From: Trypanosoma brucei
Lineage: Eukaryota
Direction: 5' to 3'
Assembly: GCA_000002445.1 (NCBI GenBank)
Contig: CM000207.1
Location: 1,600,001 to 1,664,000, forward strand
DNA: 64,000 bases
The notes below the pieces were generated by a model. That model saw only the letters and a program-made list of their open reading frames with translations. It did not search any database and had not been told where the DNA came from. A program made the translations under genes and the position numbers. Position 1 is the stretch's first letter; each line of letters starts with the position of its first letter. Below, in pieces: positions 34,201-44,554 of this stretch.

Positions 34201-35985
34201 CCGCCCACATTAGCCATTCCAAACTCACTGCGGTAATGTATCCTCGTGTGTGCTTGCGTGTATATGTGTATATATGTGTATGTGTATGGAGTCGCGCCCA
34301 AGTGCCCGAGGTTGAGTACCTGAAGGACACGATAGCCATCAGACCCGAAAGGTGATTTGTGTTGTATAGATCCCTCATGAATATGACGTCGGAACATGTT
34401 TGGACGCTCAACTAGTTTCCATCATCGGCCACACACATACACAAACATACAAGCACACACACACACACACACACTCACATATATATATATATATATACAT
34501 ACACGACAAACCTCCGCACACCCAAACACTTACTCAGAAGTCAAACAGACAAAATTAACTGATGTCAGCATCAAATAAATTCAGCTGAAACACGGATTTG
34601 ACAGACTCATCATTGACACAAAACAAGGTAAGAGCAACACCACCAAACAGTTCAGAGCAGGAATAAGAAGGAGGGCGGCATGTACATATGTGTGTGGGGT
34701 AATGTTGGTGTAATGGGGAAAAGGTGAGAAAGTTACCGTACGCCTCGGACGCAGGACGCACGCGGCTGGAATGTTGTGCGGCGCCCCAGAAACTATCGTA
34801 ACACTCGTGCTCAATCCATGTTCGGGTGTGTGTCATAAGACCGTCGTAAGTGGTTTATCGTCATGGGCAAAGTACAAGGTGTATCCGCAGTGACCAAAGA
34901 GACAATGCAGAATCTGGCAAAGAGAAAGGGCGAAAGCCAAGCAATAAGGGTGGTTTCAAATGTAAAACAAGGAAAAAGGGAGGGGGGGTGACAGCAACCA
35001 CACACATGGTATGATAACGTGCCACGACGAAACCAAACACCATCAGCCGGGGAAAGAAGAATATTCTTTAAATGGGTTATTGTCATTCAAATACACTCAG
35101 AGACTCCAGTCCATTGATGTCATCAAGTAGCGCGTTTACGACAGGTTAGGTGTACCGCAAAGCAACTCTCGGAGCGCACCAAGATGGCCTACGGCATGCA
35201 ATCACAAAACGGCCGCTCCATGGCTAAAGCCCCTTTTTCATTTTTGTTGTCCATAAAAACACTGAAGGGAGAAAACAGAGGAAGGAGAAGGTAACAATAT
35301 CAAACAAGAGAAGAGTGTGCACTAACCAATAACCTCCGTTATAATTCTCGGACCACGTGAGTGTGCAAACAAGGACACAGAAATGTTAGCCCAAGACACA
35401 ACTCCAATGTGTCGCATTTTTTTTCGTAATATAGTTTTTGAAAGTTTATTCAAATTTTTTGGAAGAAGGCTGAGTTGTTGCAGGTTCTTTACCTATGATA
35501 GGTCATATTGCTGATTATATTTTTTGTTCAATTGTTTTTTGTGTATAGAATGATTTCTCCTTTTTTATTTTTTTTCACCAAGTGGCTTGATAATTTTGGT
35601 GGAACCAACTGTTTTTTTTTTTTTCGCATGATATATTGTTAATAAGTTGAAACTCAAAAGTAAATGAGTAGGGTAACCATTATTTTGTGATAACTGCACG
35701 TAGCTTCGCTATAGTTGAAGCATCGATGTGCCCTTTTTCATTACTTTTTTTTTTACGTTTCTTGCATTGTTTAGCAATTGAGTATCGATTTTGTGTCCGC
35801 TTCCGATATTACTTTGGCAGGGTCAGTGATGTGGTTTAACAAAAAGGAAAAAATCAGCTGAATGGTGTTGTTTACTTGTTTGATGCCATTACCACTTGTT
35901 TTTTATTTTCGCTGTTGCATCATATCGCAGCTGTTCTCGCTGCCGTTTGATTATCACTCTCTTGATGTAGTTGGTAGTAACGTTT

Positions 35986-36381
35986 TCACATCCTGTAATC
36001 TCTTCTGTTTTCGTTTGATGCGTTGTTGTTTGTGTCGTAACTGTTTGAATAGTATGCGTCTGTCCCATATTCCCTGTTTTGGTTGCTGGAAAAGTCATAA
36101 GTTGGGTATTGCGATGTTTGCTGATTGTTTGATGGGTTATTATTTGCCGCTTCCTCCTTTTTGTGTTCGTTGGACGTGTTTCCATTGTCATTAGATTCTG
36201 TTCTGCCTTTAGCGCTTTGGGCCACCCCCGCAGCTTGCCGACGGGCGACAGACCTCTTATGAATCAAACAACCGACTATCCACAGAGCGGTCAGACCGAT
36301 ATAAACGGCGATTGTGATGAGGTATTTATACCACTCCCCCCCTTCCTTCTTCTCCTCTGGTTGTTGTTGTTGTTGTTCCAT
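35986..36381 (-). CDS. Small single-pass membrane protein with Q-rich N-terminus and N-rich C-terminal tail (131 aa), hypothetical
   Basis: ORF in the transcription-unit sense. TM helix WYKYLITIAVYIGLTALWIVGCLI followed by a basic stop-transfer (HKRSVARRQ). Low-complexity N/Q-rich tail, so coding status is not certain. Confidence 0.45.
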   Translation of the reverse strand: MEQQQQQPEEKKEGGEWYKYLITIAVYIGLTALWIVGCLIHKRSVARRQAAGVAQSAKGRTESNDNGNTSNEHKKEEAANNNPSNNQQTSQYPTYDFSSNQNREYGTDAYYSNSYDTNNNASNENRRDYRM

Positions 36382-37041
36382 GGCAACGCTAAGTCACTAG
36401 TGGGTTTTTTTTTGAAAAAGATTTCTATCGTTGGTCCTCGATAGGTTCGCCCTCCCCCCTACGTATTTCTCAACACTATTGTTGTTGTTGTTGTTACCTA
36501 CACTCTAAACACCTGCCAAATAAATGAACACGAGTAACCTCAGATTCAATGTGGTTTATCCTTCGCTTACGATAAAAAAAAATTGATGGAAACACTATGT
36601 AAAAGACACGGTTGAGAGCAAGTGAGAAGTACAGCGGAATCGGGTGGAAAATGATGCAACAACAACAGCAGCTTTACTTACGCGCCAAAACTCTGGTCCA
36701 AAAATAGACAATATATATATATATATATATATATGACTGAGTGACACTGTCTAACCTCCAATGAAGAGAAAAAGAGGGCACAAACCCAACAGCGGCGAGC
36801 ACGCGCAATGGAGCAAATGCAGCATAACTGCGCTCAGACACGAGAACAACCAAACACGGTATCGCACGTGGAGAAAATTCAGATGCCTAAACGAGCGAAT
36901 TGTTACCGAAGGCGATAAAAAAGCGAGGAGGAGGAGAGAAAAAAAAAACGGGAGAAGGCACAAAAACACGAGACATTGATCGTGCAATGAGAATCAACAC
37001 TCCGCACCTTCCTCCAATAAAAGTCTTTTGCCGCGTCGCAA

Positions 37042-37569
37042 TCAGTCCTGCTTCTTGTCGGGATTAATAGCTTCGGCTTCACTAGCAAGAGGCGCTTCCC
37101 TTAAAGAGTAAACAACGTATACCGTCATTATCACTATAGTAGAAAATACCGCCATCAAACCGCCGCAGGTTCCCGGATCAACATCCGCAAAGGGAGCAAC
37201 AATATGCATGCCGATGAGGAGGATTAAAATAGGAACAGTTAGCATGAGCACCGAAAACAAGAGAAAGACAGACGCAACCCGTTGGTTATGCGGCATTCTC
37301 ATATTTTGTGCAAATAGACGGAAACCCGCTGCCTTATCCTTCAATGGACGAAATGCAGCCCTATTAAGTTCCTCACGTGCCTCCTTGGACATGCGCAGAG
37401 TCTCCTTTGTTGACGGCTCATCGCCACTTTCGGCGTTATCACCGTTTAATAGAGAACTGTAGAGCTCTTTTCTAATATACTCACGTTCCCGATGCTCCTC
37501 TTCCTGAAGAGTCCGTAACGTGTCAGCACCTCCCTGAGGCTGCGGCCTCTCATCGTCAGCTCCGCTCAT
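37042..37569 (-). CDS. Hypothetical membrane protein (175 aa). Acidic N-terminal region, two C-terminal TM helices.
   Basis: ORF in the transcription-unit sense. Hydrophobic segments VASVFLLFSVLMLTVPILILLIGMHIV and LMAVFSTIVIMTVYVVY. Confidence 0.5.
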   Translation of the reverse strand: MSGADDERPQPQGGADTLRTLQEEEHREREYIRKELYSSLLNGDNAESGDEPSTKETLRMSKEAREELNRAAFRPLKDKAAGFRLFAQNMRMPHNQRVASVFLLFSVLMLTVPILILLIGMHIVAPFADVDPGTCGGLMAVFSTIVIMTVYVVYSLREAPLASEAEAINPDKKQD

Positions 37570-38059
37570 TTCCCCTCTGACATTATTATTATTATTATTT
37601 CAAAATTTAGGAAAAAAATGTGACGGAAAAGAAGGAAAAAGTGGGGAGATGTAAATTGTAACAGAAGCAGTGGTTGCTAATGATTAAAAAACTTGAGAAC
37701 TAGAGGGGAAGTTTGATACCACAATCTCATAATAACACAAAGAGGTGGGGGAAATAACAAAATAATAACGAAATTAATACTCTACATCCGCTCGAGCTAG
37801 AGCTCCATACCCTTTCTTTCCTTCCAGGGGCATGAAACAAAAATCACCACATGATTGGCTGACACGGTAAACGCAACAAGGATTTAGCAAGCAAGTGCGG
37901 AGAGGAGGATATGCACAATATGATAATAGTTTCAACCAACGGAATCACTTTCTTTTTTTTTTCCGAAGCAACAACACACTACCCCACGAAACGGCACTAC
38001 AAACTGCAGCTTTTCTTTTTCGTCGAGCAGGTGGTAAACGTTCGATCAGTTGTCCACCT

Positions 38060-39889
38060 CTATGAATTGTCTTCTATGAATCCAGCGTCAGGCAACCTCA
38101 CATCCACCGCTGCGAGCGTTGAGAGGCTGTGTGAAGAAGTGACAGAGAGGCAAATACCCTCGTCAATCGCGTTGTCATCAAGGCGTTCCACAAGCACCTC
38201 ACATGTTGAAACTGTGGATGGCAGAAGGAATGGCACACACAAAATTGAGTTTGATATTTTGTAAGTAGTACATGAACAACTTACTACAAGGGACAAGTCT
38301 CGTAATACCCCCTTGCTAATGTTTTGAATCTTTGCCCTAATCCTAAATACCGGGCCAAGGCCTTGAACGGATGTGATCATACGAACAGAATTGCCAAGCA
38401 TGGGTACTGCAGGGGCGGCAGTTTTCTTCGGTGATACCGCCGGTTTGTGAGTATCTGAAAGTAGAGAGAGATATGCCTTCGCTGTTGTTAGGCGTAACAT
38501 AGTTAAATCACGCTGGAACAAGCGGTGCATGTCAATGCTGTAGGCACGTTCCCTCTCTGCTTGTGCCACAAAAACATTTGTAAGGGGGGGGACAGGAATA
38601 GGAACGTCCTGTTCTCCCGGTGGTCCAGAATCCTGATTTCGCTTGCATTCGAAGGACGCGTTTCTATGTAACATCTCCACCACAAGGGTGCCGTTTTGCA
38701 TAACAAGTATAAGTGCGGCATCTTCGCGCCCGTATCGTCCAAACTTCATGGCTGTTACCCTTCCGTACACTTGAGCCTCATGCAACAACGTTTTACCCAC
38801 GTATACCCGAACCATACCACTCTTTAACGCCACAATGACCCCGCGAGCTTTGCCTGACGCAGAATCAAGTAGTGTAGCGATGCCTGTTATCGGAGAGGGA
38901 AGGAAGACACGCATCTCACACTTCCCCTTAAGTTTATAATACGAGAGCGTGTTTTGTGTTGTCGCAACTGCCACGAGATTTTCACAGAGTGCAATTTGCA
39001 CGATAGCACCATCAGAATGAATAGAATAATCCGCTAATTCACCATTTTTCACTGTGTACACACAACCATCGCGGCAGGCCACAACGATGCGGTAGTCAAC
39101 ACGAAACGAGCCAAGGGACACGATGCACGTTGGAACACCGGGTAGTCGCACCCGGTGATGAACTCCCGTAAACTTCTCGGCCAGTACATATATATGACGC
39201 GTTTCTGTACCAATAACAAGGCAGCTACGGCCACCATCCTCTACACGGTCTAACGAAAGGGAACTTATGCACGTCACTACATCCTGCTCACTAAGGGGCT
39301 TAGTCTTATGGTATTGCACAAAACGTTCCCGCTCCTCCGTCCCCTGCAGTGCTAAGAGATCCGCTGACCGTGTTGACAGCTTCACGCCCGCCATCCGCCG
39401 CTCCTTCAACCTCGTGCACGCTTCTGCTGCAGAAATATTACCATTGCGAAGTTGCTCCCACACGGAAACATCGACCTCATCCAGTTCTACACACGGTACG
39501 GTAAAGCGGTACAGCGGCTTCATCTTACGGTACATGAAAACGTCTGGTCCGCAGGAAACTGCAATGACAGGAAGGTGTTGATCATCACCAGCTTCAGCAA
39601 AAACCACAGTAATCGCAGAGGGAACCGCTGAGAGCCGAATCTCTTCCGAAAGAGATGTACCGTCATATATCTTCAAAGTTTTGGAGGCGTCCGCCACAAT
39701 CAGCTTATTGTCACCGTTACCATAGATGTCGGCAACCTCAACGCAATTTGAGAACGCCTGCAAACCTGCTAAACGGTCACGAAAGGCAAAGATCCAGAAC
39801 TCTTTCTGTTGATTCTTTTCGGCATGATTCCTACCTAACTGCTCCCGACGCATGACTATGAACAGTCTATCCAAGGAAAAGAAAGGCAT
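38060..39889 (-). CDS. BBS1: BBS1 (Bardet-Biedl syndrome 1) BBSome subunit
   Basis: Multiple blocks co-linear with BBS1. [15 protein letters not shown] matches [29 protein letters not shown] matches [45 protein letters not shown] matches [39 protein letters not shown] matches VQGLGPTFKL. Length 609 aa, appropriate. Confidence 0.8.
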   Translation of the reverse strand: [609 protein letters not shown]

Positions 39890-40249
39890 AAAACGCTAAT
39901 AATAACAATCATTATTATTATTATTATTATTGTTCATATTATTTCGTTTGGATGGAACGCACAGTCCTCAACTTGGGGAAAGCTACATAAAAACTGAACC
40001 GGAGAAATAACAGTGTGAACTTGGACAAACAGACAAGCGCAATACCAGTTTGGGAAACCCGCCGTGGGTAACTTTCCCTATTCCACGACCAAGCGTCACC
40101 AGCGCTCACGCACTGCTACGAAGTCTCACATCCCAACAGACGCCTACCGTCGTGTGACACACCACCCACCAGCAGCTGATGTTACATAACGGCAACCGTA
40201 CACCCACGCAACTGCCGGCACGCTTTCGTCCTGCACAAACCATGACCCT

Positions 40250-41242
40250 TCAGTGCGCGTCGACGTTGATGCTGGGAGTGCATACAAGCTTCTTTGAAAG
40301 TAGTCCCAGTTGGTAGCACCTCGCCATATCCGTAGGCTGTTGGGCTGGCGTAACGGCCGACACGACATTACACGCCTCGGTGCCTACGGCTGAGTAGCCC
40401 TCCACTGCTACATCGTAACAAACACCGCCAATCTCCATGATCATACGCCCGCTTTTATACACTTTAATTTCTCCCACCTTTCCAGGAGGAAGGTTAGAGA
40501 GCCGAAAGGGTGGGTCCGCCTGGAATCGGGGTAACTGAAACCACACAAGTTCACCCACATTGCGGCGCCCAACGTCCGCCTCAACGTCAAGAGCATTGGC
40601 AGAAGCATGAAGAACATCACGATCGAAGCGCAAGTTGTCCTGTCGGCTGCTCTTCAATTCCTTTTCATATCCTTTTAGGAAGGCAATGCCATCATTCCCC
40701 GTCTCCGCCACCGGCACCTTCACATCACCCTCGACAGAAAACTCCGCCTCATGCTTCGGCTCTGCAGAAACATTGCTGTCCAGTGGGGTTGGACGATAAA
40801 CGGTTGTTGCGGGGTTCTCCGACTCCATCTCAAGTACTGAAGACATGGTGTTCTCCGGAAGGTGCTCCGACGTGGGGGGCAAATTTGAGAAGTCACGCGT
40901 GAGTGCCCTGACGGCAGCTGCTGCAACGGCCACACGACCGAATCCTCGCAAACGCTCACTGCCACCGGGGGTTGCAGCACCTGCGTTGTGAAGTGCTCCT
41001 GAGGGTGCAGAGGACACACCGTTTGCGACATGTTGTTGTGCGGAATACAGTTGCTGTTCTCGTTCCTTCTGCTCCTGCTGAAGTGCAGCCTCCTGTTGAA
41101 GTCGCAAGCGCTCCAGCTGCACAAAACTCAGGTTGTCTAAAGCTGTGGGGGATTCCGATACGTCGGGTTCTTCCTTAGCTCGGACAATATGCCGTGGCTT
41201 AAACTTAAGGTTGGGGACCTTAGGTGGCATCGCGCCCGACAC
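40250..41242 (-). CDS. RPC4: RNA polymerase III subunit RPC4 (RPC53)-like protein
   Basis: C-terminal block GKVGEIKVYKSGRMIMEIGGVCYDVAVEGYSAVGTEACNVVSAV...KKLVCTPSI is co-linear with the conserved RPC4 C-terminus (GKLLVHKSGKVQLLLGKVTLDVTMGTACSFLQELVSV...HKLVCSPDF). The N-terminal part is low complexity, as in RPC4. Confidence 0.65.
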   Translation of the reverse strand: MSGAMPPKVPNLKFKPRHIVRAKEEPDVSESPTALDNLSFVQLERLRLQQEAALQQEQKEREQQLYSAQQHVANGVSSAPSGALHNAGAATPGGSERLRGFGRVAVAAAAVRALTRDFSNLPPTSEHLPENTMSSVLEMESENPATTVYRPTPLDSNVSAEPKHEAEFSVEGDVKVPVAETGNDGIAFLKGYEKELKSSRQDNLRFDRDVLHASANALDVEADVGRRNVGELVWFQLPRFQADPPFRLSNLPPGKVGEIKVYKSGRMIMEIGGVCYDVAVEGYSAVGTEACNVVSAVTPAQQPTDMARCYQLGLLSKKLVCTPSINVDAH

Positions 41243-42082
41243 TCAGTGGTCTGATGTTGCGGGGAAAATAGGTGTCGAGGGAGAAAGGAGAGAGTGTAGG
41301 TACTTCAATAACGACACGCTCTTCTTTACTGGCTGCCATCCCATGTGCCCAACAAGAAGGGAAGAGGAGAAACAGGGGTAGGGGGAAATGGAACCTTACT
41401 GTTCTTTTTGGAGGACTTTAATTAAACAGCCTTTCCACAAGCAGATAAAACATTTTAAATACCAAAATAACTCTGTTAAGCGTCAACTGACATTACCGCG
41501 GCCTCTACGTCGTTCGGTGTGTATGTTCGTCACAATGGGAGAGTGGAGAGGGATACAGTGCCACTAATGTGTTGCATGAAGCATCGCTCCAGACCTTGTG
41601 TAGGGTCGTGTGGAAAACCAACAGTCCCACCATGGCACCAGAACCCAAATTGTCAAACATTGGAGACTACTTCCCTTCTCCTCCCCTTACACGCACACCA
41701 TTCGGTACACTTCCGCTGCCGTATTTTTTTTCGCTTCGGATTCACCTCCCCATCAGCTGGTGTTCGCCGTTTGCATTCTCGTTCTCTTTTTAAATGACGA
41801 GTCTGACAACCGCACCAAACGATAAAACCAAAGAAAGAAGCGAAGCAAGGGTAAACCCGTAATCATTCTATATATATATATATATATTTGACATTCCATA
41901 ATTCACAATCCCTTCCCTTTAATTTATTGCTTTCGGGAGGGTGGTATCAATGGCACGTACATACACATTGAAAGGAATTAAAACAACAAACAAAAGGCCA
42001 ACAGCAAGAGGTATTAGTTACCGACAACCCACAACCACCCGCACACAGATACCGTGCGCTACAATTCCCCTTTACTAATACC

Positions 42083-43549
42083 TCATAGACTGAGGTCACC
42101 GTCGAAGGAGCTAAAGCCAGCCAACAAAAAAAGTGGGTAGAACGGTTTGAAGCGGATGCTGTTGCACCAATTCCACGCGCTTGTTAATCGGCCATCAACG
42201 CAGCTTCCTGCGTCATCCATGTTATCACCTCCACTGCCATCAAAACCGTGTCGAAAGAAATCACGAAGAATAGCCAGTTTAGCTCCAGTTGGGCTACCCC
42301 AAATCTCTTTTACGTACGCCTTGTGCTCGGGGCTCTCCTCCAGTTTGTCTATATGACTAACAGTTCGAAGGATGGGTATAATTATTCGAGACACCTGACC
42401 ATATTTGTCAATAAAGTGAAAGGCATTCGGCACCTGGTCATCACCCAAGTGGATGCGCTCGGAGCCCACCCATTCACCTAGCTCTTTCTTCGTTTCCTGC
42501 ACAACTTCGTGAATTGCATTGTACAGATTTGGCGCTTTTTGCACGCGCTGATAACCCTGGCCGGTGGAGCGAAACTCATAAGGTTCATTTGGGTTTAACA
42601 TGTCTTCCTCCGCAATTGTCCACAATGAAAACATGCGGCGGCAAATGTTTTTCCAGAGAGAGAGGCTCTGTAATACAAAGAAATATTGACGTCTATGGTT
42701 GTGAGTGAGCCGACTTCCGCCTTCCCCTTCTACAATATTCAAATCTGTAGCTTCTGTCACATTGTTCGGTGAAAAGTGCTGGAGCAAAAGATTCAGTAAC
42801 TCATTGGTGCTTTCTACATTTTCATTTGCGAACTGGTTAGCGTCATTGAGACTCCGGATGGCTATCTCCACCTCGTCCTGCGATCTCCCGGATTTCCTAC
42901 TATATTCCTTTACGACAGAGCTGACGGTTACATCCTTCCGGCGCAGCGCCTCGTTGAGTTTGCTTCTCTTTTTCATGAAAGGTACCGGTGTAATGCACAG
43001 CGGCAGACGTTTGTCCTGCAGCATATCCTCCACACCCAAGTAACTGCAGTAACGCCCGACAGTGATGATTCTCTCTGCAACTGGGAAACCCAGCGCCTCC
43101 TTCACATTCTGGTTCTGCACTGCATCCTGAATCATATACAAGAACTTGACGTAGTCTGTTCTAATGAGATCTGGATTCATCATTTTGTATCGACGATATG
43201 TTTCCACGGCGGACTGAATATCTCTTGCGAACGGTGTGAAATCCTTGTCTCTATAAAGGGCCCCTCCCTTCTCAACATCCAAACCAACAATAAGACCACT
43301 GAGTGCGCTCGTAACTTCCTTGACGATAACGCTGTCCCTCTTGTTACCTTTCAGAGTAGATTCGTTGTCAACCTTATCCGTGTAATGGGAAGCCATGACA
43401 ATGCCCCGCATGAGTCGCTGCACCTTGCGCTCTTTGGGGTTAAGGCGCAGGGGAATGTAATCCGCGTGAGCAATCGGCTCGGGCATAAGGTCATAGTCTG
43501 CCCCGGTGTTACCGTTAACACTATTGGAACGAAGCCCAAAGAGGTTCAT
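42083..43549 (-). CDS. Conserved hypothetical protein (488 aa). Possibly DUF2009-like (unverified).
   Basis: Long non-repetitive ORF in the transcription-unit sense with globular composition. No motif I can name with certainty. Confidence 0.65.
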   Translation of the reverse strand: MNLFGLRSNSVNGNTGADYDLMPEPIAHADYIPLRLNPKERKVQRLMRGIVMASHYTDKVDNESTLKGNKRDSVIVKEVTSALSGLIVGLDVEKGGALYRDKDFTPFARDIQSAVETYRRYKMMNPDLIRTDYVKFLYMIQDAVQNQNVKEALGFPVAERIITVGRYCSYLGVEDMLQDKRLPLCITPVPFMKKRSKLNEALRRKDVTVSSVVKEYSRKSGRSQDEVEIAIRSLNDANQFANENVESTNELLNLLLQHFSPNNVTEATDLNIVEGEGGSRLTHNHRRQYFFVLQSLSLWKNICRRMFSLWTIAEEDMLNPNEPYEFRSTGQGYQRVQKAPNLYNAIHEVVQETKKELGEWVGSERIHLGDDQVPNAFHFIDKYGQVSRIIIPILRTVSHIDKLEESPEHKAYVKEIWGSPTGAKLAILRDFFRHGFDGSGGDNMDDAGSCVDGRLTSAWNWCNSIRFKPFYPLFLLAGFSSFDGDLSL

Positions 43550-44554
43550 TGCTTGACGTCGTCAGCCTTCCAGATAAATGTATATGTATATATGTATTTT
43601 TGGATATATATATATATATATAATGTTTGGCTGATGGTGTTGTGAACAACCCGCCTTCTTCCCACCCCTGCTTACGGGTTATCCCAATACGTTCCAATTG
43701 CCTTGCCTTTACTTTGCTCTCCCTATTTTCCTCTCTACTTACTGTTTCCTCCTTGTTTTACCCAGTGATCAAATTCACTTAATATATCCCTCCCCTCCCA
43801 CGGTTCTGCTTCGTCACCAAATACCGCCCTTTGCAGTCTGTAAGTGCACGAGTGGCAAAATAGTGAACGGATGCAATATATAACCGAATATTTAAATGTA
43901 TAAAGATGTTTTCTTATTTACCTTTTGTGCTGCAGAGCACTCGAGTCAGGCAAACCGGCAACCGCCGTCGAAATCCTTTACTAAACAAGTTAAAGAGAAA
44001 ATTAGACCCACCCGCTTACAAGAGTATAATATTGAAAAGCGTGCGAAAAACGCATTGGGAGCGTGAAGTATATGAGGAATATAAGAAAAATCAGCATGAA
44101 ATCACAAAAAGAGTGCAAAAATGGAAGGAAAAGAGATTATAAGCATGAATCAAGAAACGCAACAACAGGGGACGGTGAGTGAGGTGATGGATCAGGCAAA
44201 AATAAGTAATTCTTTTAAAAAAAAAAAAAAGGGACCTCAAATTAGAAAGTCCGTGGTATTAACCGCTGTAAATGGAGGTGGCCTTAGTGGCAATATAGTC
44301 CCCTCGCAATATACTAACAACAGAACAGTACGCCATCTGCGCGATGTCAAGCAGGGTGACTGCAGGCAGGCGCACAAATAGGTCCCGACCGCCCGGAGAC
44401 ACCGCTACCCCGCACAAACAGACGCACACAATTATATATTATGCACTGCTGCACCTCGTCTAACCCCTTGCCTCTGCATCCCTAGCGGAGTTAACGTGGA
44501 CGACGGTTGCAAAGGGATTTCCCAAGCGCAATCTCTGCCAACGTGGTGGTCGGC

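Larger units (their letters stand above)
22322..35411. repeat. Tandem array, 7 complete + ~0.5 copies of a 1738-1752 bp unit, >99% identical, non-coding. Interpreted as a tandemly repeated small-ncRNA (snoRNA) gene cluster.
   Basis: Unit starts (motif cacccaaacacttactcag) at 22323, 24063, 25815, 27561, 29301, 31041, 32779, 34519. The last copy stops at unit offset ~896 (35411). Units end in a (CA)n(TA)n microsatellite. ORF-track hits inside the array are the same short ORFs repeated every ~1740 bp on both strands. Confidence 0.95.

Noticed and set aside
22359-35086. Repeated short ORFs inside the tandem units (93, 77, 78, 94, 82, 95, 111, 70, 72, 60 aa; recurring every ~1740 bp on both strands) as protein-coding genes
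   Set aside because: All are under 112 aa and overlap each other in different frames and on both strands. They have no recognisable domains and are crossed by microsatellites, and some differ between copies by nonsynonymous changes. Their periodic recurrence simply reflects the DNA repeat.
22322-35411. Tandem array as a spliced-leader RNA, 5S rRNA, or retrotransposon (ingi/RIME/SLACS-like) array
   Set aside because: No SL exon-like sequence (…CGCTATTATTAGAACAGTTTCTGTACTATATTG) and no 5S-like sequence seen. The unit length (1.74 kb) fits neither. There are no RT/endonuclease ORFs, poly(A) tails or target-site duplications. The CRISPR idea is irrelevant (eukaryotic context, 1.7 kb units with no spacers).
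6944-39889. Functional 'operon' linking SAS-6, the coiled-coil protein and BBS1
   Set aside because: Kinetoplastid polycistronic units are not functionally organised operons. Adjacency alone is not evidence of shared function, so it is retained only as a hint for the uncharacterised neighbour.
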